From NCBI GenBank assembly GCA_030141605.1, contig JAQGDQ010001794.1:1-25275 (forward strand): a DNA stretch of 25,275 nt. Direction: 5' to 3'. Within the stretch, counting starts at the first letter, position 1. Each line of letters starts with the position of its first letter. A program made the translations under genes and the position numbers. The notes below the pieces were generated by a model. It saw nothing but the letters and a program-made list of their open reading frames with translations, did not search any database and had not been told where the DNA came from. Source of the stretch: Tubiluchus corallicola (lineage: Eukaryota > Animalia > Priapulida). Shown here piece after piece: positions 12,180 to 22,778 of this stretch.

Positions 12180-13019
12180 CAATTATATAGCTAAGGTGGC
12201 AAGTTTTAATTAGAAAAAACCATATAAATAGGTTTACATTTATGAGCTTACTCAAACAGAAATGCTTCTCTGTTCTGCTTCAAGGAGTTTCCTTAGATAT
12301 TCGGTTTGTATATAATTTATACGGAGATATTGTCAGTCAGCGCAAACTTTAAATGAAAATCAAACTACATCGGAATAAAGTATACTCTGTAATATTGAAA
12401 ACAACAACAGCGTTTTTTAAATCAAAGTCTAGATTAAATAATAATTACGTCGGATAGTTAAATTTTGTAAACACCAAAGCTATATATGCCCAGCTCAGCG
12501 AATGCAATAAAACTGGTATTGGCGCATTTTGTCGCATTTGCGAGGCAACAAATAGGCGCAGCACCGTGATAAGCATGATAACGAACTGCAGTATTGGTCC
12601 GTTACGTCACTGTGACGAGAACTCATTTTCGTGACATCACATCGGTGTCTTTTAGCACCTTCCACTTACGCAAATGTTCTTCACGTGCAGGGAAGACGCA
12701 TACCATTGCATGAACTTACGTTAGTTTGTGACGTAAGTAATAGCTTGTGTTTGCTTGCCGGCAATTAGCTTTCCAAGGTAATTATTGAAATACGATTAAA
12801 ATGAGATTGATTCTAATCATAGATCCGGTTTTCCATTAAAGGACAAATAGACTGACATGTTTTTTGTGTTTTTAGACTTTTTAGACTGTATTTTTCCAAT
12901 TAAAACAACATTTAGTAATATCTTTCTGGTGCTGATCTGTCAGAGAAACGTAACAGCTTTTTAACAAGATAAATTGTGGTTATAAATTGGATAATTAGAT
13001 TTAATCTACTAAAGACGAT

Positions 13020-14583
13020 GAGATTAAATTTCAAATCAAACTGCCTTAGTCCCTGAAATGCCAAAGCAATTTTATAGAATTTGAAGGCACTGGGAAATAA
13101 GATTAAATTTCAAAACAAACTGATTAAGCTCCTACAATGTCTAATCAATTTTATAGAATTTGAAAGCACTGGGTGATAAGATTAAATTTCAAAACAAACT
13201 GATTAAGCTCCTATGATGTCGAATCAATTTTATGGAATTTGAAAGCACTAGGTGATAAGATTAAATTTCATAACAAACTGCCTGGACCCTGCAATGCCAA
13301 GTCAATTTTATAGAATTTGAAAGCACTTAGTGATAAGATTAAACTTCATAACAAACTGCCTGGACCCTGCAATGCCAAGTCAATTTTATAGAATTTGAAA
13401 GCACTGGGTGATAAGATTAAACTTCATAACAAACTGTCTGGACCCCTGCAATGCCAAGTCAATTTTATAGAATTTGAAAGCACTGGGTGATAAGATTAAA
13501 CTTCATAACAAACTGCCTGGACCTCTGCAATGCCAAGTCAATTTTTCAAAATTTGAAAGCACTGGGTGATAAGATTAAACTTCATGACAAACTGCCTGGA
13601 CCTCTGCAATGCCAAGTCAATTTTATAGAATTTGAAAGCACTGGGTGATAAGATTAAACTTCATAACAAACTGTCTGGACCCCTGCAATGCCAAGTCAAT
13701 TTTATAGAATTTGAAAGCACTGGGTGATAAGATTAAACTTCATAACAAACTGTCTGGAAGCCTGCAATGCCAAGTCAATTTTATAGAATTTGAAAGCGCT
13801 GGGTGATAAGATTAAACTTCATAACAAACTGTCTGGACCCCTGCAATGCCAAGTCAATTTTATAGAATTTGAAAGCACTGGGTGATAAGATTAAACTTCA
13901 TAACAAACTGCCTGGACACCTGCGATGCCAAGTCAATTTTTCAGAATTTGAAAGCACTGGGTGATAAGATTAAATTTCATAACAAACTGCCTGGACCTCT
14001 GCAATGCCAAGTCAATTTTATAGAATTTGAAAGCACTGGGTGATAAGATTAAACTTCATAACAAACTGTCTGGACCTCTGCAATGCCAAGTCAATTTTAT
14101 AGAATTTGAAAGCACTGGGTGATAAGATTAAATTTCATAACAAACTGCCTGGACACCTGCAATGCCAAGTCAATTTTATAGAATTTGAAAGCACTGGGTG
14201 ATAAGATTAAATTTCATAACAAACTGCCTGGACCCTGCAATGCCAAGTCAATTTTATAGAATTTGAAAGCACTTAGTGATAAGATTAAACTTCATAACAA
14301 ACTGCCTGGACCTCTGCAATGCCAAGTCAATTTTATAGAATTTGAAAGCACTGGGTGATAAGATTAAACTTCATAACAAACTGCCTGGACCTCTGCAATG
14401 CCAAGTCAATTTTTCAAAATTTGAAAGCACTGGGTGATAAGATTAAACTTCATAACAAACTGCCTGGACCTCTGCAATGCCAAGTCAATTTTATAGAATT
14501 TGAAAGCACTGGGTGATAAGATTAAACTTCATAACAAACTGCCTGGACCCTGCAATGCCAAGTCAATTTTATAGAATTTGAAA
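13020..14583. repeat. 79-bp minisatellite, about 20 copies, intronic
   Basis: Unit AAGATTAAACTTCATAACAAACTGCCTGGACCTCTGCAATGCCAAGTCAATTTTATAGAATTTGAAAGCACTGGGTGAT; the leftmost three copies are more diverged. Confidence 0.97.
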
Positions 14584-14629
14584 GACCTGTTAGGATCCAA
14601 TCGTGCTGAAAAAGTAAGAAGTTACCTAC

Positions 14630-14822
14630 ATCTGCGCCCAAGGTCAGGTCCTTGCCCAGGCTCGCCAAGTAGTTTATTCTGTCTTTTATTAGAGTTGCGT
14701 CCTCGCCCTCGTCCTCGCCCTCGCCCTCGCCATCCTCCTCGCCATCTTCCTCGCCGTCCCGCGCATGCGTCAAATGTTAGCCACGTGACGAATATAATTG
14801 TACACCAAGTCACTACGTTCAT
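14630..14822 (-). CDS. Probable first coding exon of the serine protease: signal peptide + Arg/Gly-rich pro-region
   Basis: Strong acceptor ttctttctttattttaag| at 14863/14862; ATG at 14822; MNVVTWCTIIFVTWLTFDACAG-RRGRWRGGWRGRGRGRGRGRNSNKRQNKLLGEPGQGPDLGRR; donor T|gtaggt gives the phase 1 needed by exon 10942; an alternative donor AG|gtaact lies 4 nt downstream. Confidence 0.7.
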
Positions 14823-14996
14823 GTTGGTTTCATAGTTACTGTAGTTTTGAATGTCGGAAAACCTTAAAATAAAGAAAGAAATAATTATAATTATAAATAT
14901 ATCAGAACGTTCATAAATCATTGCAGTTTATCTCATAACAGTTATTACACTTGCAGATAATGAGTTGAAAAAAAGCTGAAATTAAAAATTGACAAT

Positions 14997-15067
14997 AAGT
15001 CGGGATTCGAACCCGAGACCCGAAATTAGCAGTCCAATGCTCTGCCAGCGAATGGAGCTACCACTCC
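14997..15067 (-). pseudogene. tRNA-like sequence (SINE head or tRNA pseudogene)
   Basis: GGAGTGGTAGCTCCATTCGCTGGCAGAGCATTGGACTGCTAATTTCGGGTCTCGGGTTCGAATCCCGA; D arm (GCTC/GAGC) and T arm (TCGGG-TTCGAAT-CCCGA) pair, acceptor and anticodon stems do not. Confidence 0.65.
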
Positions 15068-15703
15068 AACAAGACTGAACATGCGCGAGATGTCATTCTT
15101 CTAGTACACAATCCAACAGCGCCACCTATGCCCATGACAGTAAGAGGATATTTATGGTATCAACATTCTGGAATTCACTGTCGTATTCGAACTGATGAAA
15201 CTTTAAAGATATTTTGATAAAATTTTGCTAGCATAATTATGGTAGTTATAGGGCCCATCCTACACTAATTCTATCTTAAGTAAAAATCTACACTACTTTG
15301 AATGGTAGCAGCAGGTCAGTATGTCATATTTTTCCTTTCTCTTTCATGTCGTCTTATTGCATATAGGACTACTGCGCAGCATAAAACTTCCAAATTTGAA
15401 CTCAAGCAATGACTGCTAAGAGTAGGGATTTTAACGGTAAGTTGTTTGAAACACGTTTAGATAACATTGCGAAAGATTAGAGAAAATAATTAGAGCATTC
15501 GTAACGCACTCTTCACTAATTAAGCAAAAGATTATATTAGTTTATCTTATAGATAAGATTCAACATAGTTTTTTTATGAGTTAGTTTATCTTTTATGAGA
15601 CACTGGGATGCTGGTACGCAAGGCCTTTCTACCAGGTGGCATAAAAATGTAATATTACGTTTTTTCTAGTTACGTAAGTCCTTCAAGCAAGAAAGCATAA
15701 TCA

Positions 15704-15845
15704 GGAGGCATTCACTTTGATGTTCTGCGCATGTCACTGGAGGCATTCACTCTGATGTTCTGCGCATGTCACTGGAGGCATTCACTTTGATGTTCTGCGC
15801 ATGTCACTGGAGGCATTCACTTTGATGTTCTGCGCATGTCACTGG
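15704..15845. repeat. 35-bp tandem repeat, 4 copies
   Basis: Unit GGAGGCATTCACTTTGATGTTCTGCGCATGTCACT. Confidence 0.95.
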
Positions 15846-16011
15846 CTCGCCATGTCAAACAGTTTTGTGAATCCCATCATTTATTCATTTATGAACAAAA
15901 ACTTTCAGGTGAGTGAAAGAAGCCACATTTAGCATTAGACAGTTTTGCAAGGCCGAAAGCAAGCATTTGAAGCCGTTTTTTAGCACTGAAGACAAATCTA
16001 CCTTTAAGTGA

Positions 16012-16012
16012 A

Positions 16013-16048
<36 letters not shown>

Positions 16049-16093
16049 CCTTCCTTCCTTCCTTCCTTCCTTCCTTCCTTCCTTCCTTCCTTC

Positions 16094-16138
<45 letters not shown>

Positions 16139-16243
16139 CTACCTACCTACCTACCTACCTACCTACCTACCTACCTTCCTTCCTACCTACCTACCTACCT
16201 ACCTACCTACCTACCTACCTACCTACCTACCTACCTACCTACC

Positions 16244-16299
<56 letters not shown>

Positions 16300-16300
16300 A
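16012..16300. repeat. Compound (ACTT/CCTT/ACCT)n microsatellite
   Basis: Visible directly. Confidence 0.97.
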
Positions 16301-16503
16301 AGTAATGTAATGCTAAGTAATGTAACTCTGCGTTAAAAGTTTTTTTGTGAAATACTTTAACATACCTTTCTTTCCTAGTCAAAATACCAGCCTCACGTTT
16401 TCACTTATAACATCAACTTACTAAACAATATCCTACACTGGCTAAATTTCTCTCAAAGTTTTTTTAAATAAAAAAATTCATTCATTCGTGTACGCTTACT
16501 TAC

Positions 16504-16600
16504 CGTTTTTGATCACACTGTTATTTGCAGTCCATCTGTTACTGTAGAATCTGTTACACGTGACATTCCAAATCATGGAATTTTGAAAAATCTTCAGTTT
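16504..16600 (-). other. Candidate non-coding 5' exon of the protease gene (5' boundary uncertain)
   Basis: Consensus donor ACG|gtaagt at 16504/16503; the acceptor at 14862 requires an upstream exon; the frame continuous with the signal peptide contains stops, so it would be UTR. Confidence 0.4.
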
Positions 16601-16855
16601 TGACAATGTGTTGAAAACTTTTTTCCAAACAATTCGTGATTGCGTCACGCTGAATGACGTCAGCTGAATTAGCTGCTAATGTGTGATGAAACAAGTGACA
16701 AAAAAAATTCTGTAGAATAATTGTACTTACGTCATCTAGCATTATTGTCATAGCGAAGTTGAACAATGATGGGTTGATAATGTCAGTGAAATATTTTAAC
16801 GACATTTTGATAAAGCTCTGAGAGTAATTTGATTTTATTATTAAAACTTATCGCA

Positions 16856-17243
16856 TTGTTGTTGCTACTGCTGCTGTCACAGTTGATGCTGTTGCTGTTG
16901 TTGTTGCTGTAGTTGCTGTTGTTGTTGTTCTTCCTATTGCTGCTGTTGTTACTGTTGCTGTCACAGTTGCTGCTGTTGCTGTTGTTTTTGCTGCCGTTGT
17001 TGTTGTTGTTGCTATTGCTATTGCTGTTGTTGTTGCTGTTGTTGTTGTTGTTGTTGTTGTTCCTGTTGCTGTTGTTGTTCCTATTTCTGTTGCTATTGCT
17101 GTTGCCATTGATGTTGTTGTTGCTGTAGCTGTTGCTGTTGCTGTTGGCATTGGCGTTGGCATTGGTGTTGGTGTTGGTGTTGTTGTTGTTGTTCCTGTTG
17201 CTGTTGTTGTTGCTATTTCTGTTGCTATTGCTGTTGCCATTGA

Positions 17244-17296
<53 letters not shown>

Positions 17297-17477
17297 GTGT
17301 TGGTGTTGGTGTTGGTGTTGGTGTTGGTGTTGGTGTTGGTGTTGGTGTTGGTGTTGGTGTTGCTGCTGCTATTGCTATTGCTGTTGCTGTTGTTGTTGCT
17401 ATTTCTGTTGCCATTGATGTTGTTGTTGCTGTTGCTGTTGCTGTTGGCGCTGGTGTTGCTGTTGCTGTTGGCGCTGG

Positions 17478-17508
<31 letters not shown>

Positions 17509-17792
17509 ATTGCTATTGCTATAGCTGTTGCTGTTGCCATTGCAGTTGTTGTTGTTGTTGTTGTTGTTGCTGTTGCTGCTGTTGTTGTTGTTGTTGTTCC
17601 TGTTGCTGTTGTTGTTCCTATTTCTGTTGCTATTGCTGTTGCCATTGATGTTGTTGTTGCTGTAGCTGTTGCTGTTGCTGTTGCTGTTGGCGTTGGCGTT
17701 GGCGTTGGCATTGGCATTGGTGTTGGTGTTGGTGTTGTTGTTCCTGTTGCTGTTGTTGTTGCTATTTCTGTTGCTATTGCTGTTGCCATTGA

Positions 17793-17827
<35 letters not shown>

Positions 17828-18032
17828 GTGTTGGTGTTGGTGTTGGTGTTGGTGTTGGTGTTGGTGTTGGTGTTGGTGTTTGTGTTTGTGTTTGTGTTGG
17901 TGTTGGTGTTGGTGTTGCTGCTGTTATTGCTATTGCTGTTGCTGTTGTTGTTGCTATTTCTGTTGCCATTGATGTTGTTGTTGCTGTTGCTGTTGCTGTT
18001 GGCGCTGGTGTTGCTGTTGCTGTTGGCGCTGG

Positions 18033-18079
<47 letters not shown>

Positions 18080-18127
18080 CTATTACTATTGCTATAGCTG
18101 TTGCTGTTGCCATTGCAGTTGTTGTTT

Positions 18128-18159
<32 letters not shown>

Positions 18160-18208
18160 GCTGTTGCTGCTGCTGTTGTTTTTCTGTTGATGTTGATGTT
18201 GCTGTTTG
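16856..18208. repeat. Compound trinucleotide array (GTT/GCT/GGT/ATT) with a 537-bp higher-order duplication; holds a 421-aa Thr/Ala/Pro ORF on the minus strand
   Basis: Block cctgttgctgttgttgttcctatttc recurs at 17062 and 17599; ORF 16848-18113(-) is uninterrupted; no signal peptide. Confidence 0.9.
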
Positions 18209-19443
18209 CATCAGAAGTTGTGCTGACAACCCACTGTCATAGCAATGTCTAGTCTTTGCTGCATCACTGTTGTGTTTAAAACAAAATCGAACCCAATCTT
18301 AAACTGCAGTTCAAAACAATTGACTCCCTTAGATATTCGGAGGAAGAATTGAACTTTTATTTTCGCTTCGCAAACACGTGCAACGCGCTCGTGGAATATT
18401 TTTGCTGTTGTGATGTCATCAATAGTTGCGCTCGCCCACGCCATAATTAAGTTTTTAATCTATTATTTAATTAGCAGAAAATTTTGTGTTGAAATATATA
18501 TTTTTAACAGACTTAAAAATGGGGTCGTATATGAAAAATCATCCTCTCTCTCTTTAACTGTCTTGAATGCATGTTTATTTTATTTTAGAATTCTGCCAGC
18601 CCATTGTCTGTTATGGACGTAGTGCGCTAATGATGAATTCTCACTGAAACCTTCCAAGAATTTAATGAAACATATCAAAATTATTACAGAAATTAGACAA
18701 AGCAAGTAAAATGAAGTTATAAAACATTTAATATTGTTTTTGATCTTTTCTTCTGACAAATCATAATAATAAAAAGTTAAATAAACAATGTTTCAGATCT
18801 TTTCCTTTCGTCTTTCCTTCTTTCCATTCGTTCGTTGCAATGTTTTTTTCTTTCCTTTAACAATCTTCTGTCTTTTTCACACAGACTTTGTGTGAAAAGT
18901 TTTTATAAGTTTATTAATGATTTAGTTCTTTTGTTCACTCTTTCATGCAAGCAAGCGTGCATGTGTACGTCCATCCGTCCGTCTGTCCGTCCGTCCGTCC
19001 GTCAGTATGCACAGCCCAATCTGTTATTTTAATTATTATTGTAATCTGGTTGTTGTTCTTATTATTATTGTCTTGTTGTTGTTGTTACCTTTGCCAGTGT
19101 CATTGTTGCCTCTGCCATGTTTTGTGGTGTTGTGCTATTATCAAACTTTCTAGTTGTTGTGGCCGGAAGTACATTGTTTTCCTCCTCGTCTGAACTTCTG
19201 AACTTTCCTAGCAAATCGACTTCTCGACCAGTCACGAATGATCCAGTGCCTCAGGTTGTTACTTACCCCATTTTACAGGTCACAAAATGAGGTTACTTTA
19301 ACCCACCTGGCAAATTTAGGGCTAACCCTGTAATTACTTGCTTTACTCACTCATTGGACCATTTCTGTCATTGCTCTAATAGTAAATTACTGAATAGTGA
19401 CCTCAACTGTCTTGGAAGGTACAGTCAAGTTCATTGTTCCCAT

Positions 19444-19775
19444 TTATTCTCCTAAATGAAAGCAGTTTCTGGGAGTTCTCTTTTCAATGCAGATTTTTTT
19501 GTAATAATAATCATTTTATACTTTGGATATTTCCATATATATATATATATATATAGGACAGTTGCTAAGGTGTATTTTTTCTTGGACTTCTTCCCTGTGG
19601 TACTCTCAAGTTTATTGTTCGTTTTTTATTCTCCTAAATGCAAGCAGTTTTTAGAGTCCCTTTTTTATTGCAGATTTTTTCTATTAATTACCATTTGATA
19701 CCCTGCATATTTCTGTGTGTACGACAGTTGCTAAGATGAATTTTTTCTTGTGGACTTCTTCCATGTGGTACTCTC
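19444..19775. repeat. Diverged tandem duplication of about 180 bp
   Basis: ttattctcctaaatg(a/c)aagcagttt ... gacagttgctaag ... tggacttcttcc(c/a)tgtggtactctc occurs at ~19444-19606 and ~19626-19775. Confidence 0.85.
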
Positions 19776-20051
19776 TGCAACAATATTGTTTCATTGTTTA
19801 ATTATTAGGTTTACAAGTAAAAACAAAGACATAGCAGAGTAAAGAGCATCACGTTCTACAACCAGTTTATCTTACAAAAACCAGGCACTGATATGAGTCT
19901 ACTGTACGAAGATTTTACAAAAAAACTTGGCAACATTCCAAGAACGTCACGTGTAGATAATGGCCGTCGTTACCCAGACTACCGTCTCTTCTACTGAGTA
20001 CAAATAATCTGTCTACCAAGTTTTTGATTTTTCTATTGAAAAGCAGACATT

Positions 20052-20296
20052 TTAAAATTTTACTAAAAGTGTGCATAAAAATATAAAAAAGGAAATAAAA
20101 TACAAATTAGCAGATAATTGTAATGTTTCGGCTAAGCTTTTCGTCTCTCCAACAGCAACCGTCTTGCAAATTTCAAAATCTTTTTCAGATGGAACGTTCT
20201 TGGGATCGAGTAAATCTGGTTCAGAGCAGAAGACGTTTTTGTGATCAAATTTCAAAATCCAAGCCATCTGGCAATAGCATCTCAACTTGGAATTTT
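20052..20296 (-). CDS. LRR protein exon 2: LRRCT cap + short linker + hydrophobic C-terminal tail
   Basis: ttttcacctgcag|AA AAT TCC AAG TTG AGA TGC TAT TGC; the join reads INLRKNSKLRCYCQMAW...FCSEP...EICK (four-Cys LRRCT pattern) and ends LYFISFFIFLCTLLVKF-stop. Confidence 0.85.
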
Positions 20297-20396
20297 CTGC
20301 AGGTGAAAATAAATCATTATTAAAAAGAGTTTGTAGAATTCTAGAAATGTAAATTCTTCAATAAACACAAAAATTATCTTTCAAATGTCGATATTG

Positions 20397-20890
20397 ACGA
20401 TGATGATGATGATGTTGACGACGACAACGACGACGACGACAATGACGGCGATGGTAATGGTGATGATGATGATGGTGAATGATGATGGCAATGGTGATGA
20501 TTATGATGATGGTGAATGATGATGTTAGCAATGATGATGACTATGATAACAATGACGATGATGATGATAGTAATGATCATGATAATGATGATGACGACGA
20601 CAACGACGACTACGACGATGATTTTGATGGTGATGGTAATGACGATGATGGTGAATGATGATGATGATGACAATAGCAATGATGATGAAATGACGACAAT
20701 TATGATGACAATGATGATGACGATAGCAATGACGACGGTGATGATGGCAATGAAGATGCTGCTGCTACTGCTGTTGATGATGATTGATGATAACGACGAC
20801 GATTAAGATAACAATGATGATGACGATGATAACAATGACGACGGTGATGATGCTAATGATAGTGAAGATGATGATGATCATGATTACAAT
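20397..20890. repeat. Degenerate (GAT/GAC)n microsatellite in the LRR gene intron
   Basis: Visible directly. Confidence 0.95.
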
Positions 20891-21010
20891 GAAAAGAGCG
20901 AGGAAATGTACGTTTTCTTTGCCTTTATCGTAGCAAAGTCACTGCTGCCGTGTTTAAAACTGCGCAACGTTTTAGATTAATTAATTAATTAGTTAATTAA
21001 CTAGTGATAC

Positions 21011-21638
21011 TTCTTAGATTAATGATGGTTGTTGTAGCATTCACTTCTGGGTGCAATTCTGGCTTCTCTATGTTCTTTAGTCCACTTCTGCTTATTTCAA
21101 TCATTTTGAGGTTCTTTGCATTAGACAGGTCAAGGTCAACTTTCTCCAGCAGTGGACTTTTCAAGATGACCAAAACTTCTAGTTCGTCTATTTCTCTCAT
21201 TGCCTTCTTCTCAATGGTGGTAAGCATCTGATTGTTAATGAAGTAGAGGCGTTTCCTTACTGCCTTTAGGAAACCGCTGGCTTCATTGCCAACCGTCTTC
21301 AGATGTGGACTGTTGGCGACCTTGCAGAAGTCCACAGATTTTTCTGGCAATGTGAAATCTTTTAGAGTCTCCCCTATAAATCCGTTGAGGGTGAGCTGAA
21401 AGGGGTTCTGGAGAAGTGATTTTTTTACTGTATCAGCTTCTGATGCAGTGACGTCACTACAGATGAGTTCATCAATCAATCCAGCAATAGCAGGCAGGCG
21501 AACCTTCACTGACTTACACCGTGTATTTTGGCCACCACCATTGTTCGATCCCATCTTGTTTAGTCCTTGTGCATTACCAATGGCAACTATTCCCCAGTAA
21601 GTAACAATGAGTAAGTTTTTCAAAATCGTGGCATCCAT
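21011..21638 (-). CDS. LRR protein exon 1: signal peptide + Cys-containing N-cap + about 5-6 divergent leucine-rich repeats
   Basis: Non-repetitive ORF; hydrophobic N-terminus MDATILKNLLIVTYWGIVAIGNA; LRR-like segments RLYFINNQMLTTIEKKAM, LEVLVILKSPLLEKV, LKMIEISRSGLKNI; donor A|gtatca at 21011/21010 splices in frame to exon 2 (290 aa total). Confidence 0.85.
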
Positions 21639-22140
21639 TCTAGTAAATCCCCTGGATGGTATCTCAACTAACGCAAAGTTTTGCTATTTTCCAGAAATCA
21701 TATTATTTGTAGTAGCAAGATCGTGTTTTTAAATTTTTCAAAAGAATGAAATAGTGACGTCACTGAAAAATCATTGTCACTTGGAACTGATTAGAAATGT
21801 CTGCAAATGGAGTTTTAACCACCGTTATCGATTGAAAAGTGAATTATGACCTGTCATAAAGATCGACTGATTATCAATTATATGGTACAGAAAGTATACC
21901 ACCGCAATGACGCTTATTAGCTTGTCTATTTGTCTTTATATATTGTTTTTCTATTTTTGTTCTTTATTTCTTTTTCTTGTATGCTTTTTTCTTTCTTCCT
22001 TGTCAAATGCTATATATTTTTATTTCCTTCTTTATTGCTTTGTTCATTTTCTTGTTTGTTTATTTGTTTACCTGTTCGCTGCTGTTATTCGCTTGTATTT
22101 GTTCTCCATTGCAGATTTGATTTGGTCTTCATATCTGCTA

Positions 22141-22546
22141 TATAGGTTTTACACGTCAAATGTAGACACAGGAAAGTTCAAATGTGACTTAGGTAAGTCA
22201 AATGTAGACATAGCAATTTCAAATGTGTTTTGGTAACTCAAGTGTGACTTAGGTAAGTCAAATGTAGACACAGGAAAGTTCAAATTAACTCAAGTGTGAC
22301 TTAGGTAAGTCAAATGTAGACACAGGAAAGTTCAAATTTGACTTAGGTAAATCAAATGTAGACATAGGACATTTGACTTGACATGTGTCTACATTTTACT
22401 TACCAAAAACGCTTAAGATTTGTTGAAAACCATTGTTAACACATTTGAACTGCCTAAGTCTACATTTGAGTTACCAAGACACATTTTAATTACCTAAATC
22501 TACATTTGAGTTAACGCAGGTCTACATTTGACGTTTAAAACCTATA
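22141..22546. mobile_element. Non-autonomous foldback DNA transposon (MITE)
   Basis: 27-bp inverted termini TATAGGTTTTA(C/A)ACGTCAAATGTAGAC with one mismatch (outer TA or TATA may be the TSD); internal (CTTAGGTAAG)TCAAATGTAGAC repeats are forward in the left half and inverted in the right half. Confidence 0.85.
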
Positions 22547-22709
22547 GATTGGGCACAGTTAAGTTGTTTATATTATTTTTATATTATAACTAGTTTTATA
22601 CATCAACATGTGATGTCGTCCTATGTTTGTTAATATGTAATTTTTTTTCGTTTTTGTTTTTTTATTTAAAAATACTTTAGTTGTACTTGTGTGAGCATGT
22701 GTGTTATAT

Positions 22710-22719
22710 AGTAAGTAAA

Positions 22720-22777
<58 letters not shown>
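22710..22777. repeat. (AAGT)n microsatellite
   Basis: Visible directly. Confidence 0.95.

Positions 22778-22778
<1 letters not shown>

Noticed and set aside
12250-12292. Possible extra minus-strand mini-exon (ctaag|...|gtaagc) between protease exons 1 and 2
   Set aside because: Poor pyrimidine tract; it ends in TGA in the phase-2 frame and would break the frame after the phase-1 donor.
14997-15067. Functional tRNA-Ser(GCT)
   Set aside because: Acceptor and anticodon stems do not pair and there is no long variable arm.
16504-16820. Coding exons linking the LRR gene to the protease (ORF 16554-16805 and an overlapping open frame)
   Set aside because: No recognisable motifs; splicing to 14862 hits a stop in one frame and is preceded by stops in the other; the protease has its own signal peptide.
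18211-18444. 77-aa ORF as a third LRR-gene exon
   Set aside because: No convincing acceptor, donor or motif, and the LRR ORF already ends with a stop at 20052.
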